Below are positions 22,351 through 32,086 of a stretch of DNA of 42,785 bases, in pieces. A program made the position numbers and the translations under genes. The stretch spans positions 133,978,283 to 134,021,067 of the forward strand of contig NC_068981.1 of assembly GCF_001194135.2 (NCBI RefSeq), written 5' to 3'. The notes under the pieces are model-generated. The model was given only the letters and a program-made list of their open reading frames with translations. It did not search any database and was not told where the DNA came from. Each line of letters begins with the position of its first letter. Position 1 is the first letter of the stretch. This DNA is from Octopus bimaculoides. Its lineage: Eukaryota.

Positions 22351-23732
22351 TTTCTTTGTGACCAAACGAAGCTACTGCTGCTGCTGCTTTTGTTGTTGTT
22401 GATGAAGCTGCTGCTGCTGTTGTCGCTGCTGCAATTGTTGTTGTTCTCGAAGCTGCTGTTGTAATTGCTGCTGCAGTTGTTGTTCTTGAAGCTGCTGCTG
22501 CTGCAATTGCTGCTCAAGCTATAATAACTACCGCTGTTGTTATTGAAGCTATTACTGCTCCCTATCGCTACTGCTGCTGCTGTCGAAGCAACTGCTACTC
22601 CCTTTGTTGCTGTTGATGTTGCTGCTGCCGCCATTTTTTAAATCTAATGCTGCTGCCGTTGTGGAAATACAAGTTTCTATTGCTGATACATTTATTAAAG
22701 TTGTGGCAGTTGATATACTTGAAATTGCTTGTTCTTTCTGTTTTTGTCTACATTTCAAGTGTTGAGGGTTTTTTTTTATTCAAAAGATTACTATGAAAAG
22801 AATAAATGAATTATTTAGCAAAAGAATATAGAGAAAATACAATACTAATTAAAAGAAACAACTATATTATAAAAATGATAAATTTGGAGAATGACGGCGT
22901 AATTCGAGGGCATTGGAAGTGTATAAGAACATCATGGATTGCATGAAATACCGAAACGAAAAACCAAATATTGTGTACTTTCATTTTGAAAGGAAAAGGA
23001 AAACATTTAGATAACTTACTATTTTGTTAGAAACGTTAAAAGAAATTAATTTTCAATTATCGTGGTTAACTGAGACTATGGATATCATCTCCTGCCAATT
23101 GGCTCAGTATTTCGTAATTCCATCGAGATATAACTTTGAAAAAGTAATTTTAAGATGTATTGATTCGAGGAATACATGTAAAGAACATGTTTTCATTTGC
23201 AAATCGTGTTTAGTTCGAGAAACATTTAGGTGGAAGTATTTAATTAAAATGTAATGATATGTAAGAGCCAAAAATTAGAAAAGATGCGATTTCCTGACAT
23301 CATGTCAATAATATTTGGTTTTCATTTCGGTCTTTCGTGTAACCCTTGATATCCTAAACCCTCCTCATTTGAAAATACGCCGTGATTCTCCTTTTAGTAA
23401 ATCATATTAGTTTAATTTCCATTTTGTTAATAGAATATATTACAGAATATTAATATCGTTTAACTAAACATAAGTTGATTTCCTGCATTCGATTTGTAAA
23501 AGTGCGTTTCGCAATCGTTCCACTTTCCTATCTGGTTTTTACTGTAAACATATTATGAAGGAAGCCCGCTCAATATAAGTTACTGACAATTCGTTCCAGT
23601 TTCCAGTCCAGCGTTTTATGAAAAACTACCACAAGTCAAACCCGCTAAATATAAACTTGTTGACGGTTGAAGAATTTAATCATCCGTCTTTGATATTCGT
23701 AGTTGTTGAATCTGAAACTCTAAATAAATACC
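22351..23732. promoter_or_regulatory. Bidirectional promoter / 5' region between UBA2 and HAUS4
   Basis: Divergent ATGs at 22350 (-) and 23733 (+), CpG retention, YY1-type motifs, CCAATTGG at 23095-23102. TSS positions are not determinable from sequence. Confidence 0.75.
22370..22660 (-). repeat. Compound CAG/CAA (GCT/GTT on plus) trinucleotide repeat upstream of the UBA2 ATG
   Basis: Read directly. GC-rich island beginning about 20 nt upstream of the start codon. Confidence 0.92.
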
Positions 23733-23751
23733 ATGTCTACTTTACGTACCA
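23733..23751 (+). CDS. HAUS4: HAUS augmin-like complex subunit 4, coding exon 1 (MSTLRT+1 nt)
   Basis: accATG context and A|GTGAGT donor; phase 1 fits the exon 2 frame. Short exon, inferred from phase and position only. Confidence 0.72.
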
Positions 23752-24599
23752 GTGAGTAAGAATTGTAATATATATATATTGATTATTGCTCGATAATTAT
23801 TTACTTTTACCGGTTATTTATTTTTTTCTTAACTAAACAGTCGCTTATTAAACTTAGATTATGAAGTTTCTTAGGTAGCCAATGTTTTCTTTTAGCCCTC
23901 TTATTAATGTCCTTGGAATTTAATAATCTGGGTTGCAAGACTAAAATTTATATCTTGATGAAATTTATATAGACTTTCCAGGTATCCATCCATCCTCTCC
24001 GCCCATTATTCCTCAGGTACCTCCTCCATAGGATCCTTTCAGAAGCTGCTGGATTCTCGAGCGTGGGACTATGGATATTATCTCCTGCCAGTTGGTTCAG
24101 TATTTCGAAATTCCATTAAGAACAACTTAATATTTCAGCTTTCTGAATTCGAGTATCTTCTCCCTGTACAAGATACTGTGAGAGTATTCCTTTATAGAAT
24201 TTGTGGAAAAACTTCCGCCCGTTCCCCCACCCCCATTTTCTCCTAAATTTGTTAATTAAAAAATTTTTGGGGGGGGGCAAAAATCCCCGTTTTCGGATAC
24301 GGAGGTTCCGGAAAATTGCCCAAATGTGGCATTGTGAAATTTTTCCCCACACAAATTCTTCAATTTTGACTTTTTCCCCAACACTAACCATAACATCTTG
24401 GTATTTCGTTTCTAAGATCCATGAAGATGAAAGTACTTACCTTGTCAAAAGGCGAAGGTAAAGAATATGCACACCCGATGTTTAGGGTTAGGGTTATACC
24501 AAAAACTGCTAGTGTGCGTTTTCTTTACCTCCGCCGTTTAAAAAAAAATTTTTTTTTATGAAACCTTCACCTTACTGACAGCATCCCTGTACATGGCTC

Positions 24600-24965
24600 A
24601 TATAGCTCACACTAACCACTCATCTATCCCTAGTTTCCACATTGACCATCAGCTGCTCACTTTTGCACTGTTGATAAAGCTAGAGAGTCATCCCCTAATG
24701 TAGCAACCATGTCTGCATGAATGTCCTTGAGAGTTAAACCTTTTTTTTCCCAGATACTTGATGAACACAATGTTGCTAAATTTTGCCCATTTTCAAGAGA
24801 TGTCACTACTCGTTACTTTTGGAGTCTTCTTTGAAGATTCATGTGTCAGTTTCCATGGAAAGAAACAATGTTGCTATTAATAAAAAGAGTTGAAATTGCA
24901 TTCTAGATTTCATAGCTCCAGCATCACTCTTTAAGTCAGCCTTTGAACTTTTTCTCATATTCTCC
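24600..24965 (-). mobile_element. Mariner 5' relic (TIR remnant and N-terminal HTH)
   Basis: Minus strand reads KGLTLKDIHADMVATLGDDSLALSTVQK*AA, similar to the mariner motif G.TPKEIH..M...GDDAPS.STV.KW.AEF. Confidence 0.6.
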
Positions 24966-25835
24966 TAATTAAAATGAGCAAAGTAAGGCTGTAAACTACA
25001 AAGTGCATTGAATGTTAATACAAGGAAGATTAACAGTAAATGCACTAGACATTTCTGCAAAATTATAACCACCTTTATCGCATTCAACTTTGTCCTGGTC
25101 ATGAAAATAGGAAATTCACCGAAGACTTGCATGATGTAGATGGATACATATAGACAATGGCTGAGTGTCTGACACCCCAGGTAGCCCATGAGTTCGCTGG
25201 GCCACAAGCCTACACAGACCCAAAAGAGCGGTTTCCATAAAAACATCACCCCTAGGTGGACCACCCTGCTACTTTCAGTGGAAGTGTATCAAAAGAGTTT
25301 ATACCCATTTATCATCTGTATTTTAAAAGTTCATAAAACTTACGTTTTGCCTTTAAAAATTTACTTTTTTTCGAAAGAAAGCACTTTGAATTTTTTTATT
25401 GTTTTCATTCAGAATTTTTGTTTTCTTCATAAATAAAATTTGAAATATGTTTTTCAAAAAATTGGAAAATTTCAACTGCTAAGAAGGTAGATACTTTTAC
25501 TTCCATAGAACTCTTGAAATTAAGAAGCATCTGGACCAGTTGAACTAGTTTCAAACCTGTGTTGCGATTTCATCTAACATTGGATATCTTCTTTGATTGT
25601 CAACAGAGATATTTATAATCCACAATTATTAAATTGTTTTGGCTAGACCAGTTTGCTAAAACATTTATGAATTCTGAAGTACAATATAACATTGAAACAA
25701 AATACTTAAGACACCAGCAATTTGTTAATCAAACTAGCTACCAAGAATATATTATATATGCAAATTGGTTGATCTAATTTACCTCAGCCTTTAGTAATAG
25801 TAGGTTTATATGTTTTGTCTCTGTGGGTAGTTAAA

Positions 25836-25887
25836 GAGGGTTATCAGCTGCTGATGAAATAGTGAAACTAGTCCAGCAGATCCCTTT
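25836..25887 (+). ncRNA. Minimal type I hammerhead ribozyme motif in HAUS4 intron 1 (sense)
   Basis: gcug-CUGAUGA-a(auag)u-GAAA-C(ua)GU-C-cagc. Perfect core, GUC triplet, palindromic ACUAGU stem III, stem I of about 13 bp with bulge and mismatch, stem II reduced to 1 bp. Confidence 0.65.
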
Positions 25888-25932
25888 CACTACAATAGAA
25901 TGATTCTTTTTTCCTTTCCTTTCTCTACACAG

Positions 25933-26069
25933 TTAATGAATCTTTACCTGTTAAACTATCTGAAGAAGATGTGGAATCCATGCCAGAACTTGCAAATTTG
26001 CTTCTTGCACTATCAAAAAAAATTACTCCCAACGGCAACAGTATTAAACTGCAAGAGAGTATTGAAGAG
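25933..26069 (+). CDS. HAUS4: HAUS4 exon 2 (NESLPVKLSEEDVESMPELANLLLALSKKITPNGNSIKLQESIEE)
   Basis: Long pyrimidine tract plus cAG, GT donor. Aligns with human HAUS4 LPPCNLSKEDLLQNPYFSKLLLNLSQHVDESGLS. Confidence 0.9.
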
Positions 26070-26134
26070 GTAAAATTTATTTTGTATAGATGTGGGGTTT
26101 ACTGGTTTTTATCAATCTCATCATCTTTATTTAA

Positions 26135-26370
26135 CGTCTGTTGTCCATGCTGTTATGGGTTAGACAGTTTGACTGGGCCAGTATGCTAGAAGGCTGCACC
26201 AGACTCCAGTCTGATTTGGTATGGTTTTCTACGTCTGGATGCCCTTCTTAATGCCAACCACTCCAAGAGCATAATGGGTGCTCCTACATGCCACTGGCAC
26301 AGGTGCCATTTTCATGACACCAGAGTGTGTTTACATGCCACTGGCATGGGTGCCAATTTGTGTGATGCCA
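26135..26370 (-). mobile_element. Truncated RTE-family 3' end
   Basis: GGATGCCCTTC.TAATGCCAACCAC core plus short repeat units. Confidence 0.75.
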
Positions 26371-26684
26371 AAGGTCTTGGTCATTACCTCATCTAAGTGA
26401 GAAAATTTAATAGTTGTTTTACCCCTGAGTCACCTTTGATCAGAGATCAAAGTTATTCTAGCCAAGACTACCCATATTTGTTTCAAGACAAAGTAGCCAA
26501 TCATTCCTTTGCTTTTAAGATGGTAGATTGTGTTGAGAGAAAACTAGTTGTTTTGTCTAGCAGGTCAAGCAACTACATAGAAGTTCTTTTGTTGACTCAA
26601 AGGTTTGTTTTTAGAAAGTGAATTGAAGTGAGGTACATTACTATTTTAGTAATAAGTTAATGAGAGATTCATAAAAAATTTTCC

Positions 26685-26895
26685 CTTATTTTGGCACAAG
26701 GCCAGCAAATTTGAGGGGTGGTGAAGTTGATTACATCAACTCCAGTGCTTAACTGGGGCTTATTTTATCATCCCTGAAAGGATGAAAGGCCAAGTCAACC
26801 TCAGTGGCATTTGAATTCAGAATGTAAAGTTGGAAGAAATGCCACTAAGCATTTTGTCCAACGCAGCAGTGATTCTGCCAGTTTACCACCTTCAA
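26685..26895 (-). mobile_element. SINE family B
   Basis: Reverse complement of 143-360. Confidence 0.8.
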
Positions 26896-27297
26896 GAAAG
26901 ATTCATTAATATATTAGTAATTAGTTCTTAAAATAGTGAATTAGCTGAGTTGATAGGACGTTGGATACAATACTTCCAACCCTCTGTCCTCTAAGTTCAA
27001 ATCACATCGAGGTCAGTGTTACCTTTTATTCTTTTGGAGGTACCATTTCAGATAGGTGGATTTCCAGAACTGTTAGAGCATTATTTGGGATGCTTTGCAA
27101 TATCTGTCCTAGTTCCACATGAACTGAATTCAAATCCCACCTTTGTCGGGGAAGAAGAAAGTAAACAACGACTCTTTTGTTAGGTGTTCGCACCTGCCAG
27201 GTAGTATCAGCAATGGCAAAGAATACCAATGAAAATATAGCTTCTTTGGTTTGATTGAAAGATCATCTGCCACCACAACAGTAACTTCTTAAGCAAT

Positions 27298-27520
27298 CAT
27301 CATCATAATTGTTTAATGCCCATTTTCCATGGTGGCATAGGTTGGATAGTTCAACAGGAACTGATGAACCAGAGAACTACATCAAGCTCCATTTTCTGCT
27401 CTAGTGTAGTTTCTATGTCTGAATGCCCTTCCTAATGCAGTCCACTTTACAGAGTGTACTGGATGAATTTTTCATGGCACCAATGCTAGTGAGGTCAACA
27501 ACCAACTCACAAGATCTTTT
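27298..27520 (-). mobile_element. Truncated RTE-family 3' end
   Basis: (CAT)n start and GAATGCCCTTCCTAATGC core. Confidence 0.7.
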
Positions 27521-27828
27521 GACTGAGAAGCATGGGAGGTGGCTTTATGCCAGGCGTTGAGAGGTCATAGTATGATAGCAAAATAGGAAGAAGTGTCTTA
27601 CTGAAGGGGAAATACATGGCTTCTTCAGATGGAAAGAAAGAAAGAAATGGTTAGGTCATACTTCAAGGTACAAGGTGAACATAAGAGAGAATATGGATAG
27701 AGGGTCTGAAAGGGTAAGTGAGTAGGTAAGTTTGTGAGAGTGTGACAATAATTATACACAGCAAACAAGCAGAAATAGTACCAACTTGTAATTTTATTCA
27801 ACCCTTTCAATACCAACTTGCCCTAGAC

Positions 27829-28178
27829 CAGTGCTACTCAAAGTGGAGGTCCATGGTCTGGTGCCGGTCTGAGAGCCATCAGCTGCCAGTACATGGAGAG
27901 TTTCCAGTAAAGAAAGAAACATTATAAAATACTTATGTAATATTGTATTATTTTATTTTTTTTATTTATTTATGTGTTTCAGCCAAGTGGCTGCGGTCAT
28001 GCTGGTGCACCACCGTATTTGTTTACAAAATAAATATAATTTTTTTTTAAATTGTCAACTTCTATTATATTCATTATTTCTGGCATAAATTAATATTACT
28101 AAGAAATATTACTGGTCCCTGGCACATTGGGGAAAAAAAACTGCCAGTATGCCACATCAGATAGTTTGAGAAGCACTG
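27829..28178. mobile_element. hAT-Charlie-type MITE
   Basis: CAGTGCTACTCAAA...TTTGAGAAGCACTG TIRs (13/14). 8-bp TSD CCCTAGAC/ACATAGAC (6/8), resembling the NTCTAGAN preference. Confidence 0.75.
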
Positions 28179-28220
28179 ACATAGACCATTTCTGGCTTTT
28201 TGATATATGACCAGTTATGA

Positions 28221-28416
28221 TCCTTTTGTTACCATATTTCTGTTGAACTACACCCTTTTTATTTCAATTAATTTTGAAAATAATAAAGAATTTACTAAAA
28301 TATCTTGGTCATTGCTAAGTTGATAATTGGGACATAAATTAACATTGAACTTTAACAGGAAGTTTGTATCATAGAAGCAAGGGCAGTCTTGGGCGAACTG
28401 GTATCAAAAGGGTTAA
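28221..28416 (+). mobile_element. TTAA-type MITE, same family as 7006-7212
   Basis: CCTTTTGTTACCATATTTCTGTTGAA...TGGTATCAAAAGGG|TTAA. Confidence 0.72.
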
Positions 28417-28494
28417 AGTGTTTCTATTCAGAATGTTCTTTTATGTTCTATTGCAATGACCAACTTAAAAATATAGAAGTTAAAAGACATTCGA

Positions 28495-28850
28495 GCGAGA
28501 TCGTTGCCAGTGCCTCTGGACTAGCTCCTGTGCAGGTGGCACATAAAATACACCATTTTGAGCATGGCTGTTGCCAGTACCACCTGACTGACCTTCGTGC
28601 CGGTAGCACGTAAAAGCACCCACTTCACTCTCGGAGTGGTTGGCATTAGGAAGGGCATCCAGCTGTAGAAACTCTGCCAAATCAGATTGGAGCCTGGTGT
28701 AGCCACCTGGTTCACCAGTCCTCANNNNNNNNNNCTCTGCCAAATCAGATTGGAGCCTGGTGTAGCCACCTGGTTCACCAGTCCTCAGTCAAATCGTCCA
28801 ACCCATGCTAGCATGGAAAGCAGACGTTAAATGATGATGATGATGATGAT
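28495..28850 (+). mobile_element. Truncated RTE-family 3' end with (GAT)n tail (contains a 10-N gap)
   Basis: Near-consensus tail, two hairpin repeat units at the 5' end. Confidence 0.85.
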
Positions 28851-29064
28851 ATACTAAATCTTTCTAATTGTCCTATTTTTTAAAAGGAATTGAAGTACAT
28901 AGGCTGTGCTTTGCCTGAGAAATATTCTAATGAGAAGGTCAAAAAGAACAATTACCAAAGTTATATAATTTCAATGTTATAAGCTTTTCTTCTTTGTTAT
29001 TAAAAAGAAGAAAGAGCAGTCATTTCTATTTTTTGTTGACAGGCTTATTAATTTTTCTTCACAG

Positions 29065-29196
29065 GCTGAAGATATTTTGTCAAAGGAGAAAAATGAATGG
29101 TTACAGCATAAGATTTTACTAGCTGCAGCGAAGCAAGTATTAGTCGAATATGAAACAAAAGCTATTGATGAAGAGTTAAGTGAGCCTGATAAAGAG
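29065..29196 (+). CDS. HAUS4: HAUS4 exon 3 (AEDILSKEKNEWLQHKILLAAAKQVLVEYETKAIDEELSEPDKE)
   Basis: 132 nt, cAG/GTAAGC, phase 0/0. Aligns with human AWKEVRLHKTTWLRSEILHRVIQELLVDY. Confidence 0.9.
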
Positions 29197-30402
29197 GTAA
29201 GCATTCATGATAGGTATGGGGACATTTTAGATCAGATATGAGCAACCTTTTTCTAGCAGCTAATGAGATATTTGCTCAGTATAAATTGGGCCACAACACA
29301 CAAAAAAAAAAATTAACAAACATCATAGATTGTCCAGATTGGTGGGTCTCCATTGTTCAATGATGAGGATTCAGTTATTCAATAAACTGAATTACCTGGA
29401 TAGTATAGAAGTTGCTGTCTGCCAGTAGAGAGGGAAAGAGTAAGGAATGCACGGTGCTGATTTGAAAGGAAGAAAGGATAAAGGTGGCTTCGTCCTTGCC
29501 GCTGAAAGTTTCTCTAATGTTGAGTGAAGAGCAAAGGGAAGTACTGCTCTTGGTCATAGCTGACGCAAAAGAGTAGCAATTGCAGACATGAACAGACGAG
29601 ATAGAAAAACAACACAACCAAATTTTCCTCCATATTTTTACTTTGCTAACTTGAAGCAGTTGATAACTCTATGTAGCGGCAGATTTGTCCATGTTTCAAA
29701 TCAAGCTCTCCATATCCAACACGTAAATGCAACTGTTAACCAAATGAATAATGAAAATGGCAATCCCGTTCTCTGTCATTTGTTTTCCTTTGATGTCAGT
29801 CCAACATGCCTATCTTCATCTGCTACACCCAACAATGTACATTGAACCACCAGCATCATCACATTTCATTACACGTCTCACTACAACCTGCTCCTGAATT
29901 AACAAGTCTGTTACAGGTACAATCTACTAAATGCATTTCCATACAATCTCCATCCACTCAGTTTCACTTTTCTCATCTTTCTTTCCAAGAACTGAAGCTG
30001 TGGAATTCCTTTTTTTTTTTTCCTTCTTCTTTTTCTGCCTACAAACATTCAAGCTGATAACAGCAAGGCATTAATTTTACCAGTCTGGGAGAGCTTGTAA
30101 AGTCCATGGACATTACACTCCATACATAGTCAGATTCTCTTTCTTGACTAATTTATCATCAGAAAGATAATGCATAATTAATTCAAAGCAATCAGAATAA
30201 ATATTACATTTGGCAGAGTAATCTAAATGCTATAGGGTTAAATCTAATGAGTTGATGCTCTCATTTATAACTTCAGCAAACAACCAGAGTAAAATTGTGT
30301 GTCCTGATGAGAGTAGTGCCCCTAACCAGTAAAAGAATATAAGAACAAGTTTTGATTCTACTACATTCATGTTTATTCTATATTTTATTTTTTTTTTTAT
30401 AG

Positions 30403-30525
30403 TTTTGTCAGGCATTGAATGAGTGTTTGGCATTTGCTGAAATGATTCCACATTTGCACCCTTCTGGTGATTCTGATGTTTCTGTTCTTGGCCTGACAGC
30501 TGAATATCTTAAGAAGCAACGAAAG
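30403..30525 (+). CDS. HAUS4: HAUS4 exon 4 (FCQALNECLAFAEMIPHLHPSGDSDVSVLGLTAEYLKKQRK)
   Basis: 123 nt, phase 0/0. Aligns with human FHETLEQRLLVTELMRLLGP...PPLLGL. An in-frame alternative AG gives start 30412. Confidence 0.88.
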
Positions 30526-31433
30526 GTAAATATTATTTCAGCCCTAATAAACTTCCTTTTCCACAGCTCTTCCCACCTGCATCATTTGGTGCTTTTTCCC
30601 CAAACATTACATCCATACTCCTTCACTTCTGATCACTTCTCCTTTCTACACCAAATACCTCCAATGCCCAGTTGCTTTTTTTTTTCTCTCAGTACACTTG
30701 TTTTCTTATCTTCATGCACACTAACATTGCATATCCAGCCTAACATGCTTGTCTCATTTCTTTCCAGTCTTCTCAGATCCTTCACATTCATTACTCTTAT
30801 CTGTTATTATAATGTCCACTTTCCCATGCTTACATGAGTCAGACACAATTTGCTAAGAGATTTTTCTATCTTTGGTCAGATGCCTTTCCTGTCACCAATT
30901 CTTTCCTCTTTCCAAGTAAGATAATATTTCCTCATGACCAGACACAGTTTCAGATTCAGTCCCACTGTGTGGACCTTAGACAAATGTTTACTACTACAAC
31001 CTCCGGCCAACCCATGCCTTGTGAGTGATTTGATAGACAGAAACTGAAAGAAACCCATTGTGTGTGTTGGGTTTGTGCCTACTTGTCTTGACTGCACACG
31101 ATTGCTGCAAATGAATATCATTCATTTCCAATATTCTGCACAAAAATGTCTGCCTTTGGGGAAAATATTACCTTGTCTGGAAACAGATAAGGATTTGTGA
31201 CAGAGAAAATCTGTCTCAATAAATTCCATCTGACCCATACAGGTGAGAAAAAGTAAACTTTAAAATGATGATGGTGATGATGTTCAAACTGACCATTGAT
31301 GGTGGTGGTGGTGGTGGTGGTTGTGGTATTGACATTACCACTTCTGACAACTATTAAAAAGAAAAAACAAATGTATAATTCTACATTAAAAGATTTTTAA
31401 TAGTTAATTCCAATCAACTGTTTATTGAAGGTA

Positions 31434-31683
31434 CAGGTCAGTCCACATTTTTCTGTAAGGTACATTGGGCCAGTTTCCTGGTTTCTCTGGTGTGTATATT
31501 CTTCCCTGGACGGGACACCAGTCCATCGCAGGAATAGTAATTTTTGCCAGCTTGGTGAACTGGAACAACATGAAATGAAGTGTTTTGCTCAAGAACACAA
31601 TGCACTGCCTGGTCCAGAAATTTAAACCATAATCTTATGATCATGAGTCCAATATCCTAACCACTAAACCATATGCCTCCACA
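31434..31683 (-). mobile_element. SINE family C variant with TSD TTATTGAAGGTA
   Basis: 12-bp direct repeat at 31422-31433 and 31684-31695; tRNA-like head at the right end. Confidence 0.75.
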
Positions 31684-31699
31684 TTATTGAAGGTAAGGG

Positions 31700-32086
31700 T
31701 GGAGGCGCAATGGCCCAGTGGTTAGGGCAGCGGATTCGTGGTCATAGGATCACGGTTTCAATTCCCAGACCGGGCGGGCGTTGTGAGTGTTTATTGAGTG
31801 AAAACACCTAAAGCTCCACGAGGCTCCAGCAGGGGATGGTGGCGAACCCTGTTGTACTCTTCCACCACAACTTTCTCTCACTCTTTCTTCCTGTTTCTGT
31901 TGTGCCTGTAATTCAAAGGGTCAGCCTTGTCACACTGTGTCATGCTGAATATCCCCAAGAACTACGTTAAGGGTACACGTGTCTGTGGAGTGCTCAGCCA
32001 CTTGCACGTTAATTTCACGAGCAGGCTGTTCCGTTGATCGGATCAACTGGAACCCTCAACGTCGTAAGCGACGGAGAGTGCCAACA
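31700..32086 (+). mobile_element. Young tRNA-derived SINE (family D), 14-bp TSD
   Basis: A box TGGCCCAGTGGTTAGG, B box GGTTTCAATTCCC. Exact TSD ATTGAAGGTAAGGG at 31686-31699 and 32087-32100. Near-identical to 36393-36766. Confidence 0.92.

Noticed and set aside
22980-23380. TTTGAA (CHR-like) cell-cycle elements in the promoter
   Set aside because: The hexamer is expected frequently by chance at this AT content.
24395-25530. Weak inverted similarity between 24400-24445 and 25480-25525 as possible TIRs
   Set aside because: Only about 70 percent over about 35 AT-rich bases, with no TSD.
28672-28787. Exact 53-bp direct repeat
   Set aside because: Same artefact across the 10-N gap at 28725-28734.
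31700-31775. tRNA-like sequence with A and B boxes (also at other SINE heads)
   Set aside because: No complete cloverleaf; continues into a SINE body with TSDs, so not a tRNA gene.
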